A DNA stretch of 64,000 nucleotides from Fluctibacter corallii. Lineage in GTDB: Bacteria; Pseudomonadota; Gammaproteobacteria; Enterobacterales; Alteromonadaceae. The stretch is from positions 101,661-165,660 of the forward strand of contig NZ_JAOWKX010000009.1 in NCBI RefSeq assembly GCF_025751585.1, given 5' to 3'. The translations under genes and the position numbers were made by a program. Shown in pieces: positions 21,011 through 30,090 of the stretch. Every line of letters begins with the position of its first letter. Positions within the stretch are counted from its first letter, which is position 1. Under the pieces are notes generated by a model. It was not told the DNA's origin and did no database searches. It saw only the letters and a list, made by a program, of their open reading frames with translations.

Positions 21011-22177
21011 TTATTGCTTCTGCGTGAAGCCTAAAGTAAATTCAGAAATAGCCTCTTGCAATCTCGCTTTTTTGTGAGAGTCGAGTGTCAGTGTACCGCT
21101 ATCTTCGAGGGCATTCACAATTTTTATAGATTGTTCATCGAATAATCGTTTTAGTTCCTTTTCTGCAATATCAGGGGAATTTTTAGTCATGTTTAATATC
21201 AAACTCGCCTCGTCTACAATATATGGATCCAACTGTGATAGCTTACTTAAAACCCAGCTACTGTTGAGGTTCTCTTGTATTGAACTGTAGCTTCCATTAG
21301 ATTTGTCATCACTTACAGGCGTGATGCATTTAACAACTTTGCATGGGTCTTTTCCGCCACCGCCACCGCCACCGCTTACACCTACAGACGAGTGAACGGC
21401 CGCAACCGTAGAAACTCCAACCGCAACAGTTACCCCCACGTTTAAAGCTGCTACTACGTTTACCGCTACTGATACATATGTTGCCGCTACCGCCAACACC
21501 ACTACCGCAGCCACTGCAACGCCGTTTGTAGATAGCCCGTAATCTTCACCCAGAATATTTGAGATTATGTTATGTAATTCATTTATATCTGAATCTTTAA
21601 GTGATTTAGACATGAGGGCTTGGTTTAATTTGTCCGAATTTTCCAGCAATGCTGATGATACTTTCTCTGAAAGCTCTGATTTTCGAGCTCCTTTTCCAAT
21701 TAAACCCATATTCGCCAACTCGGAAAGATAAGCGGTGTAATCTCCTTTAATCAGAGCCTCTTGCATTGGAGGAGAGAGCGTGGCCTTCATGATTTTAATT
21801 TCCACTGAGCGTTCTTCTAGCAAATATTCAGGGAGAGAATACTCAGATAAAAATCGTTCTGTATCATATAAAAATTTGTTACGTTTACTTTCGTCTGTCA
21901 ATACATGATGCCAAAGTAAAGAAACTTCCTGTAATTGTTCAAGCATATCGGCGGAAAAGTTTAATCCACTTAATTCTAGCCTTATTTTTTTCCTAGTTAA
22001 GCTATCCTTTGCCGCATCTCGACCGAAAAGGCTCATGGGCTTACCGTAAAGGCTGGCTCGATGATCTAATTGATTTTCGCTCGCAGTAAGGTCTGTAACA
22101 GGAATAGCAAGTGATGCGGCTGCGACTGTAATGCCTAATGACTTGGTTGCTTTTTTCTTTCTATCCATTTTATTCAT
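21011..22177 (-). CDS. Hypothetical secreted protein with Ala/Val-rich hydrophobic segment and Gly7 run
   Basis: 388-aa ORF with a signal-peptide-like N-terminus (KKKATKSLGITVAAASLAIPV). It has an internal roughly 45-aa A/V low-complexity stretch, then GGGGGGGKDPCKVVKC. It overlaps the upstream gene by 8 nt, which suggests an operon. Confidence 0.45.
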   Translation of the reverse strand: MNKMDRKKKATKSLGITVAAASLAIPVTDLTASENQLDHRASLYGKPMSLFGRDAAKDSLTRKKIRLELSGLNFSADMLEQLQEVSLLWHHVLTDESKRNKFLYDTERFLSEYSLPEYLLEERSVEIKIMKATLSPPMQEALIKGDYTAYLSELANMGLIGKGARKSELSEKVSSALLENSDKLNQALMSKSLKDSDINELHNIISNILGEDYGLSTNGVAVAAVVVLAVAATYVSVAVNVVAALNVGVTVAVGVSTVAAVHSSVGVSGGGGGGGKDPCKVVKCITPVSDDKSNGSYSSIQENLNSSWVLSKLSQLDPYIVDEASLILNMTKNSPDIAEKELKRLFDEQSIKIVNALEDSGTLTLDSHKKARLQEAISEFTLGFTQKQ

Positions 22178-22676
22178 CTCCTATGTTAGAACTGGATAAG
22201 AAATCAAGTAAGTTACCTGATATTAAGACTTGATAGTCATGCAATTTAAGCACAGTAACTTCAGCATACCCATCGACCAATAATAGAAAGGATTTTCTTC
22301 CTTCTACATCTTCAAACCATCCCGATTTGTAGCTTGGTAATCCAATGCCATTTATCCTTAAATTTGGAGCATAACTTCCTAGTTTTTCACTTTTTAAAAT
22401 GAAAATGTCATCCACATTCTCATTTGGTATTTTTATGTTATAAAAAGCCGCTTTTATATATATTTCTTTTGAATCTTTCGTTATTCTATTCTTGCTTATT
22501 GTTAATAAAAAGAATAAGAAAGCTAATAAAAGTGCTGCAAATGTCCCATAAGATATGGTTTTTACTAATTTTTGATTTGTTATAAGTGCGGGTAATAAAA
22601 CTATCAACCCTGGTACTAAAACAGATATCATGAAAAAAGTAATAGTTGTTTTTAGTTCTATGTCATAGCTGATCAT
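22170..22676 (-). CDS. Small membrane protein: two transmembrane helices plus a bacterial PH-like (YdbS/T-type) domain
   Basis: 168 aa with two N-terminal transmembrane helices and a C-terminal domain resembling bPH_2/DUF304. Start and stop overlap both flanking genes. Confidence 0.4.
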   Translation of the reverse strand: MISYDIELKTTITFFMISVLVPGLIVLLPALITNQKLVKTISYGTFAALLLAFLFFLLTISKNRITKDSKEIYIKAAFYNIKIPNENVDDIFILKSEKLGSYAPNLRINGIGLPSYKSGWFEDVEGRKSFLLLVDGYAEVTVLKLHDYQVLISGNLLDFLSSSNIGDE

Positions 22677-23697
22677 TGTTATTTCCTACCTTTGTATTCA
22701 GGGAGATTTTAAAGACTGTTTCGGGTATATATTTTTTATATTCAGATTTTAATTTCTTAACTATCCTTTCGTCTTTATGAAGAAAAACGCAAGCTTGACA
22801 TATGTGGCTAAAATTTGGCATCTCATTATTAATAAATTCAGAACCCATCACTTTCTCTATAATTGCATATGGTCCGTCTGTGTGGATCCAATGCTTTAAA
22901 AAATCATTTTTCTGAGAATTGTATAAGGTTTCTATGCTATTTGAGCCCAAGTCTCCCAATTTCATTTCAGGTATGTGTTCCAAAGTTAATCCACAACAAG
23001 CACTTAGTAAATTGTGGGGTGTAACTACTACATTCTTAAAAACTTGATCACAACCCTTTCTCAATGTATTTGAATCTAGCTGCTCTCCTCTCTCTATATG
23101 ATTTTCTCTGAATGGCATCCATGAGTTTGACTGAACCAATATTTTGCCACTATAAATTTTTTCTTTCAGCTTAGTGTGGTTAATTATTTTTTCCAGAAAG
23201 TCAGAATCTTGAGTATCTTTCTCTACGGTTATTAATGTAAATATATCGCGATCGCTAGTTGATATGGCAGAATTCACGACAGATTCAATAGGAACCCATT
23301 TTTGATGATCAAGACCTGTACTGAAATTGATTTCGGTAAGACCAGATTGCTGCAACATATCCGCAACCTTTTCTGAGTTATCTCTAGTTTTACCCCAGAA
23401 ACCATTAGTTACACATCTTGTCATAAGATTTAAACTGGCTGCCTCTTTTATTGATTTATATAGATCATTTTTTAGAAGGAAACATTCTCCACCACTAAAG
23501 ACAACAAGTTTAAGAGATTTAAATTTCTCATGGGCATCATTAATTTGCTTAGTTATTTCTCTAAGCGACAATCTCCCCTTGACTTTGGGGTTTGACTCGA
23601 AGCAGCACTCAGCACATGCTGCATTGCAGCGATATGTTGTAAGAATAGTTAATATATCTGGTTTGTCTTGATAGAAAGACGTCGGAATGATGTCCAT
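22663..23697 (-). CDS. Radical SAM enzyme with SPASM/twitch-like C-terminal cysteines
   Basis: CNAACAEC is a canonical CX3CX2C motif near the N-terminus. A GGE-like motif (FSGGECFL) is present, and C-terminal Cys clusters are CDQ, SACCG and CQAC. Start set at MDIIP, which has an AAGGA RBS; the ORF track extends to 23763. Confidence 0.7.
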   Translation of the reverse strand: MDIIPTSFYQDKPDILTILTTYRCNAACAECCFESNPKVKGRLSLREITKQINDAHEKFKSLKLVVFSGGECFLLKNDLYKSIKEAASLNLMTRCVTNGFWGKTRDNSEKVADMLQQSGLTEINFSTGLDHQKWVPIESVVNSAISTSDRDIFTLITVEKDTQDSDFLEKIINHTKLKEKIYSGKILVQSNSWMPFRENHIERGEQLDSNTLRKGCDQVFKNVVVTPHNLLSACCGLTLEHIPEMKLGDLGSNSIETLYNSQKNDFLKHWIHTDGPYAIIEKVMGSEFINNEMPNFSHICQACVFLHKDERIVKKLKSEYKKYIPETVFKISLNTKVGNNNDQL

Positions 23698-23806
23698 ATT
23701 ATAATCCTTTATATATTTCCTTGTTAATTGAAGGTATCTTAGCCTATTATTTGACCATTGCAAGCAAATTCGTATAAAAAATGATCATTGTCATGGAGCG
23801 CTGATT

Positions 23807-25207
23807 ATGACCAGTTCAAAGAGATTTAGACTTTATAAATTTTTATTTTTTATTAATATGATGTATACATTCAGCTCATTTGCTGGAAGCGAATCGAATG
23901 TGTCTGGAAATTGGTATGGACTTCTTTCTTACCAAGGTCAAGATTTTCCTCTGATTTTTCGTATTGATGCTGCCGATGGAAGGGCATTTATAGATAGCCC
24001 TAGCCAAAATGCCTATAATATACCTGCTGAGGTAGTTAAAAACGAGAATAGTTCCATTACGCTAGTATCATCAATATTGGATGTAAATTTTAAAGGTGAA
24101 ATAATTGTTCATGCTGGTGGTCCGTTTATATTTGGCTTATGGAAGCAAGGAGATATTGAACTAAAGTTGAAGCTTTATAAGAGGGTTGAAGGGAGTGGCT
24201 CACCTTCTTATCGAACTGAACATCTGTCGTTTAAAGGAATCGAAGGGAAGTTATCTGGCACTTTAAGTTTTCCAAAAGGAAACGATTTGCAAACACTCTT
24301 AATTTTATGTCATGGTTCTGGGCCCCATACTCGAGAACAAATTGTGGCGGGGCATAAGACATTCGAAGTTTTAACTAACCATCTGAACTCACTAGGCTTT
24401 AGCGTTTTCTCGTATGATAAACGAGGAACTGGAAGCTCTAAGGGAGATTTCATGTTTACAAGTCTTAAAGACCAGCTAGATGATCTTTACACAATAATTG
24501 ATAATCTCTCGAATCGTCCTGAGTTCTCTAACTATTCAATAGGTCTTATGGGTCATAGTGAAGGTTCCTTGAGGGCGGCTGAAGCCTCTAGTAGCCAACA
24601 TGTAAAGTTCATTGTTATGCTAGCACCGCCGATAGCAGATGGTGTAGATCTTATTAGAGACCAAAACCGAATTGCCATTGGTAAAATGGCTCTCTCAAAA
24701 AAGGCGAAAACGCTCATATTGTCAACTATGGATGTTATATACGAAGAAGTTATAGCTAATAGTGATGTAATTACAACAAAGTTAAAAGTCAATGAACATA
24801 TTGATGAAATTTGGGAGGATCTGGGCTCGGAAGATAAAAAATTACTTATGGAGTGGAAGTTAAACTTAGTTCGTCAACTTACCGACAATTCGCTTTTGGG
24901 TGCTTCTGATAGAGATTTTATTAAGGCAAAGCCGATGAATATTATTTCTCGTATACGCAAACCCACTTTAGTGCTTTTTGGTGGTAAAGATGTTCAAGTA
25001 GAAGCCTCCAAAAATTCAAAATTACTAAATATGAGTAAAGTAAATGTTCATATCGAGTCACATATCATGCCAAATATGAACCATATTTTCCAAGAAACAA
25101 CAAATGGTGCTGTAGAACTTTACTATAGGCCTATTGAGCCAATGTCAAAAACGATGGTGAGTTATATTGAAAATTGGGTCATTAAAAATCAGTTGTTTAA
25201 AAATTAA
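23807..25207 (+). CDS. Secreted alpha/beta-hydrolase
   Basis: Signal peptide, HGSG oxyanion motif (LILCHGSGPH) and GHSEG nucleophile elbow. Confidence 0.7.
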   Translation: MTSSKRFRLYKFLFFINMMYTFSSFAGSESNVSGNWYGLLSYQGQDFPLIFRIDAADGRAFIDSPSQNAYNIPAEVVKNENSSITLVSSILDVNFKGEIIVHAGGPFIFGLWKQGDIELKLKLYKRVEGSGSPSYRTEHLSFKGIEGKLSGTLSFPKGNDLQTLLILCHGSGPHTREQIVAGHKTFEVLTNHLNSLGFSVFSYDKRGTGSSKGDFMFTSLKDQLDDLYTIIDNLSNRPEFSNYSIGLMGHSEGSLRAAEASSSQHVKFIVMLAPPIADGVDLIRDQNRIAIGKMALSKKAKTLILSTMDVIYEEVIANSDVITTKLKVNEHIDEIWEDLGSEDKKLLMEWKLNLVRQLTDNSLLGASDRDFIKAKPMNIISRIRKPTLVLFGGKDVQVEASKNSKLLNMSKVNVHIESHIMPNMNHIFQETTNGAVELYYRPIEPMSKTMVSYIENWVIKNQLFKN

Positions 25208-25259
25208 ATTTATATATTAATTTCAGAGCTAATAGCTGCAAATCTGGCAATTTTGTGGC

Positions 25260-26003
25260 TTATAGGCCACCCGCTACATCAAGAAAACTGCCAGTGGTAA
25301 AAGATGACCTATCTGACGCTAGCCAGAAAATAGCTTCAGCCACTTCCTCGGCCGTGCCGCCCCTTTTCAATGGCAATTTGCTTTTTATTCTATCGACGCG
25401 GTTTGGCTCACCGCCTAATGCATGCATCTCTGTGTAAATCAGGCCAGGTCGCACAGCATTAACGCGAATACCTTCTTCAGCTACCTCTAAGGCGACCCCA
25501 CGAGTTAGCGCATCTATGGCTGCTTTTGAAGCGGCATAATCTACATATTCATTTGGTGCGCCTGTTTTCGCAGCTGCTGATGAGACATTCACGATGCTTC
25601 CTCCTGCTCCCCCATTTTTTGTCGACATACGCTTGATGGCGGCTTGTGTGCATAAAAAACATGACAACAGGTTAACATCTAATATGTGCCTGAAGCGTTC
25701 CAAAGAGATGTTCGCTAAACGTGACTGTTTATCCAAGACGCCGGCATTGTTTACTAGCACCGCTAGTTCGCCTAATTTATCTGCTTCTTGAAACAAACGA
25801 CACACATCTTCTTCTCGTGACACGTCGGCTTGCACGGCTACACAAGGCGTATCCCATTGACTCAGCGTACTTTTTAACGCTTCAGCGTGCGTTTTCGCAT
25901 GCAGGTAATTGATAACTACACTATACCCCTTCTGTGCAAATAGCTGTGCTGAACGTGCGCCAATGCCTCTGCTACTACCTGTAATTACTACCACCTTGCT
26001 CAC
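25260..26003 (-). CDS. SDR-family oxidoreductase
   Basis: TGSSRGIG Rossmann motif, NNAG, and the YxxxK catalytic motif (YAASK). Confidence 0.85.
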   Translation of the reverse strand: MSKVVVITGSSRGIGARSAQLFAQKGYSVVINYLHAKTHAEALKSTLSQWDTPCVAVQADVSREEDVCRLFQEADKLGELAVLVNNAGVLDKQSRLANISLERFRHILDVNLLSCFLCTQAAIKRMSTKNGGAGGSIVNVSSAAAKTGAPNEYVDYAASKAAIDALTRGVALEVAEEGIRVNAVRPGLIYTEMHALGGEPNRVDRIKSKLPLKRGGTAEEVAEAIFWLASDRSSFTTGSFLDVAGGL

Positions 26004-26153
26004 GCAGTTCTCCTCTTTGTTAACGATTTACAGTGAACAGACTGTATGTCAAATTGGTATCATTGTCGACAATAATAGTGTTAATAAAGAATATGTATGA
26101 TAATAAAGTCATTTTCCAAGTTATATTGTCGACAAAAATAATGGGGTAATACT

Positions 26154-26849
26154 TTGACTGCATATACAATTTTTGGAACAGTAAATACACTGTTGATTAT
26201 TGGTAGCCTTATTGGGGTTTTTTCACAATTAAGAACAATTTGGCAAAGAAAAACGCATCCAACCGGTAATAGCAGCCCGACTGCGCTATTGTCGCTTAAT
26301 CAGTTTTCAGTCAGCTACTTAGCTTACCTATCGTTTTTCATTTATGGATATTCAATTGAGCCCTTCAATCACTACATCGTTTGGCCGCGCCTAATCGCAT
26401 CCATATTGGTACTCCTCATATTGCTGGAGATCTTCAAGGACCGGAAAACTCGCGCGTCGCGGGCAAGTGTGGGATTCGCATGTATAGCATTAGCGCTCGG
26501 CGTAGCTGGATTATTCATTGGCGAAACCTTCGCAGATGAAGGTAGGACTGTTTCGACAATCATTATTTTGGTGGTCTCAATACTGATAGCGCAAGGCTAC
26601 TTCCATCAAATCAGGCTTATTGTTCGTTCTGGTTCTACTGGCGCCGTTGACTTAACAATGAGTCAGTTCATTCTGATGATGGATATATCAACTATCGCAT
26701 TCGCGTTTAGTATGGGGCTCGAAAATGGTTGGCCTTTACTTGTACTCGCGACAACGAGCGGCGTGACAAAAATCATTATTTGGTATTTATTTCATTGGGT
26801 TAAGTGCAGTCACACTGCTGAAATACGCAGAAATAGCATGATAAGTTAA
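26154..26849 (+). CDS. Polytopic membrane protein with two degenerate PQ-loop-like repeats
   Basis: 231 aa, about 7 transmembrane segments. Has SQLRTIWQRKT and HQIRLIVRSGSTG segments. A TTG start is implied because there is no in-frame ATG until residue 171. Confidence 0.4.
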   Translation: MTAYTIFGTVNTLLIIGSLIGVFSQLRTIWQRKTHPTGNSSPTALLSLNQFSVSYLAYLSFFIYGYSIEPFNHYIVWPRLIASILVLLILLEIFKDRKTRASRASVGFACIALALGVAGLFIGETFADEGRTVSTIIILVVSILIAQGYFHQIRLIVRSGSTGAVDLTMSQFILMMDISTIAFAFSMGLENGWPLLVLATTSGVTKIIIWYLFHWVKCSHTAEIRRNSMIS

Positions 26850-27158
26850 TTGTTATAAGACTAAGCCGCGACAGCCCAGCAACATGGCTGGGCTTGGTAT
26901 GCATACCGCAGTTTGTGGTTGCTAATTGCCTTTAATCAGAGATCATTGCAATTATTAAAGAAGCTGATTTTGGAATGAAGGTAGGTGACTTGGAGTCTTG
27001 ATATTTTTTGCTGCCTCTTTCCCAAAGGCCTCAAGCTCTTTCTTGTTCATGTGCCTATCCTCTATCCCAAAACGGTATGCATTGATAGGCAGTTACACAT
27101 AACTATTTACAGTCTCAATTCAATTTATCTAGGGTATTAGCTAGGTAACTTTCTTCAT

Positions 27159-28199
27159 TTAGAACAGCGTATCACCAGCTAATTTCTTTAAAGCAAATTT
27201 GCCTCGTTCAGCGACAGCAGCAGCTCGGTCAATAGCGAACTTATCTGCTAAAACCGATGAATCACTACCAAGGTTGTCCAACTCTTTAATTAGAATTTCG
27301 GCAGCAACTCTTCGCACTAAAGATGAGCGATCATTTGAAGCTAAAAGCAGTGTTGGCAAAAGCGGAACCCTGCACGATAAATTACGTTCAGCTACAATTG
27401 GTTTCATCCGACCTTCGTTGTATCTGCGATCTGTCCATTCCCATACTCGCCCCTCAAACCAGCTTATTTTGCCTTCAAATAAACTTCTATAAGCCTTTGC
27501 CCGCAAAGAAGGTTGAATAGCACTGGTGGCAATTTCCTCAAGGCTGTCATCTAAAGCATCAGTGCGGCCAACTTCCGACAAAATCGAAGCTAAAGGCCCT
27601 GCTGCTGAGTTAACTAACTTTGACTTCACCTGCTTAGCTATTTCTTTATTGTCCAAAGCATTAAGCAAAGTTTTTCTATTTGAATCGTCAATTCGCTGCC
27701 ACGAAGACCAATGGCTAAGCGTAAAGCAGATCACCTCAGCCACATAAGAAGGCTCTGTGTTAACAAGCACCTTAGCAAGAGCATCTTGTGCAGCTTGCCT
27801 TACTTGTGGAACCCAGTCATTTAACCGTCTCAGGACAAGTGCCAAAAACAACTTGTTAGGAACCTTCTCACTAATGGTTCTTAGCGCTTTCTCTCTTCTA
27901 TATCCGTCCCAACTGCATAAATCTAATAGCGTAATTCTAGGTGTGTTGCTCTCCCAAAATTTCCATCTATTCGAGTAACCTGATGCCAACGCATTATCAT
28001 ATTCATCTCGAATATACCTCTCCCAGTATTCTAAATTAGCCAAAGGCAACTCAGATGTTGCGTCAAGCACAGAGGATATATCCGCCACTACCTTGCTTGA
28101 TGACTTTGTCGAATCAACAAATTCTTTTAATGCGGCAGATATCTTCAGCTCTAATTTTTCTATGTCAGCCACAGTTCTCTTCCTTCTCTTCGCTTTCAA
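27159..28199 (-). CDS. Hypothetical alpha-helical (HEAT-repeat-like) protein, distal gene of the rtc operon
   Basis: 346 aa. The start is 11 bp after the stop of the upstream nucleotidyltransferase gene. Confidence 0.4.
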   Translation of the reverse strand: MKAKRRKRTVADIEKLELKISAALKEFVDSTKSSSKVVADISSVLDATSELPLANLEYWERYIRDEYDNALASGYSNRWKFWESNTPRITLLDLCSWDGYRREKALRTISEKVPNKLFLALVLRRLNDWVPQVRQAAQDALAKVLVNTEPSYVAEVICFTLSHWSSWQRIDDSNRKTLLNALDNKEIAKQVKSKLVNSAAGPLASILSEVGRTDALDDSLEEIATSAIQPSLRAKAYRSLFEGKISWFEGRVWEWTDRRYNEGRMKPIVAERNLSCRVPLLPTLLLASNDRSSLVRRVAAEILIKELDNLGSDSSVLADKFAIDRAAAVAERGKFALKKLAGDTLF

Positions 28200-28209
28200 T
28201 CTCCCCGTT

Positions 28210-29043
28210 TTAAACGGGAAGATTTTCGTTCCTTTCCAATACCGCCTTGAATAGTAGGTTTAGTGATTCAAATTGAGCTCCTCGTCCTTTGTTACTTGCT
28301 GCATAGTTTTCATGACGAGTTAACTCTGATTCGATAAACTCGTTTATTACCGGAATCGCTGGTGCATACTCTTTTTCTAAACTTACTCTTTTGCGAGCTA
28401 ATAAATCAGTTATAGCCTCATCTAACTTTTCATTATGGGCAACTAACTTGCGTAGCTCCTCAAATTCTATTGGTGCAGGCTTGTCATATTTTTCTAGCCA
28501 CATGATGGCGAGCAACGGTCTCAACACATAGAAATATTTTTTCAAAGGCACTAAATCCTTTTTCAAATACTCTCGAAAGTTACCTTTCGCCATATGTAAG
28601 TAGTGATATATCCCTTTGTGCGAAGAGGCTATAGTCGGCATTAACTCTCTAGCCCTTTGAGCAAAATAACCGTCATCTACATAGATGATTGGAGACTGTA
28701 GCCATTCAATAAAAGCAGGATTTGACTTCCAAAATAGTTTTAAAGCTTTGCGCAGATCCCAACCATTGATATCTATTTCGTCGACTATTGGATATTCAAT
28801 AACGTCGCGTCTATCTTCAAGATCTACTGAAAGATACCAGTCTTTCTTATGAACATAGATAAAACGCACATCATAATCGCTGTTTGGGCTAGAAAATCCC
28901 CAAGCCCGACTGCCAGATTCAATGGCATAAAGCACCGTAACATCGTGTTCTTTTTCTGCTTCAACGATACGACGCATTATCTCTGCACGTACTTCCTCGT
29001 CAATTGCTTCTTCAACATTGATTGTTAATTTTCTATCTTCCAT
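28210..29043 (-). CDS. Pol-beta-superfamily nucleotidyltransferase, RtcB-associated (RlaP-like)
   Basis: ESGSRAWGFSSPNSDYDV is the GS...D.D minimal nucleotidyltransferase motif. It sits immediately downstream of rtcA with a 1-nt gap. Confidence 0.6.
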   Translation of the reverse strand: MEDRKLTINVEEAIDEEVRAEIMRRIVEAEKEHDVTVLYAIESGSRAWGFSSPNSDYDVRFIYVHKKDWYLSVDLEDRRDVIEYPIVDEIDINGWDLRKALKLFWKSNPAFIEWLQSPIIYVDDGYFAQRARELMPTIASSHKGIYHYLHMAKGNFREYLKKDLVPLKKYFYVLRPLLAIMWLEKYDKPAPIEFEELRKLVAHNEKLDEAITDLLARKRVSLEKEYAPAIPVINEFIESELTRHENYAASNKGRGAQFESLNLLFKAVLERNENLPV

Positions 29044-29044
29044 T

Positions 29045-30082
29045 TTACCTACTCACTTTAATACGCCAACGACCTTCTTCTTCTTGACTAGCCTGTATGT
29101 TTATATCCAAGAACTGCTCAATCACCTCGATATTGGTTTTAGTATGCATACTTGGTTCTGTTGTGGTGAATTCTCCCTGTCCTGCTAATGCCATTGGCAG
29201 GAGCAACTGATCTGCCAAGTGTTCTTCAACTGAAGCTCCTACTTTTAAGAACTTTTTAACTCGGCCAACACAACGTTTAGCGACTCGTTCCGAGGACACT
29301 TCTAGCTCACCGACTTGTTCGAACAAACTCGTAAACACATCACCTTTTATCTTCGTCTGAAAACTATTGCCTGGCCCATTAGTTTTATGTCGCTCCACAT
29401 CCCCCTCAGCTTCATTCCAGCTCAACGCTTTTCTACCTGCGGTCACTTCTTTTTGACCAATGGAGTCAGGTAAATCGCTCATTAATGCTTTAAAGGAGCA
29501 ATTCTGTTGCTCCTGTTCAAAATCACTTCCTGCCGTTAACAGTTTGAGCGCTTTGAATTCCTCTATTGGTTCAATAGTTAACTGCCACTTGCCTCCTCCA
29601 GCTGGATAAAACCCTAAAGAATGAGTATCCACTTTGGTGTTAACTCCCATCTTCTTGAGAACCGCTAAATACGACTCTTTAAAGAAGCAAAGAGAAGGAG
29701 ACATACCATTATGCGTTCCTCCTTCGAACGTAACTGTCGAAGGGCTATTAGCTAAAGCCAGCACAGGAAATATTGTCTGTGCAACCAAAACAGTGCTACC
29801 AGCAGTACCAATCACAAAGTGATAATCTCCAGGTTTTACATTACCTGGTGAAAACCTGATGCGTTTAGCCCCTAATTCGGCCCCTTCGGTTTTAGCACCG
29901 CTAATTTCTTGCGCTGCTTTTACAGACGTTAAATGCTGACGCAGAAGCCCAGGTCTATTCCTATTTGCCCTAATATTTACCAATTCAATTGGTGTTTTAG
30001 TCAAAATAGATAGCGTAAGCGCTGTCCTTAGCACTTGTCCGCCTCCCTCTCCTTGAGAACCATCAATTACTAAAAAGGACAT
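29045..30082 (-). CDS. rtcA: RNA 3'-terminal phosphate cyclase
   Basis: MSFLVIDGSQGEGGGQVLRTALTLS.. is collinear with E. coli RtcA. The ATG at 30082 has a GGAAG RBS; the ORF track's 30106 is a TTG. Confidence 0.9.
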   Translation of the reverse strand: MSFLVIDGSQGEGGGQVLRTALTLSILTKTPIELVNIRANRNRPGLLRQHLTSVKAAQEISGAKTEGAELGAKRIRFSPGNVKPGDYHFVIGTAGSTVLVAQTIFPVLALANSPSTVTFEGGTHNGMSPSLCFFKESYLAVLKKMGVNTKVDTHSLGFYPAGGGKWQLTIEPIEEFKALKLLTAGSDFEQEQQNCSFKALMSDLPDSIGQKEVTAGRKALSWNEAEGDVERHKTNGPGNSFQTKIKGDVFTSLFEQVGELEVSSERVAKRCVGRVKKFLKVGASVEEHLADQLLLPMALAGQGEFTTTEPSMHTKTNIEVIEQFLDINIQASQEEEGRWRIKVSR

Positions 30083-30090
30083 TCTGCTTC

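Noticed and set aside
20772-27158. Search for integrase, transposase, phage or conjugation genes that would define the AT-rich block as a classic mobile island
   Set aside because: No such ORFs are present in any frame. Mobility cannot be claimed from this window alone.
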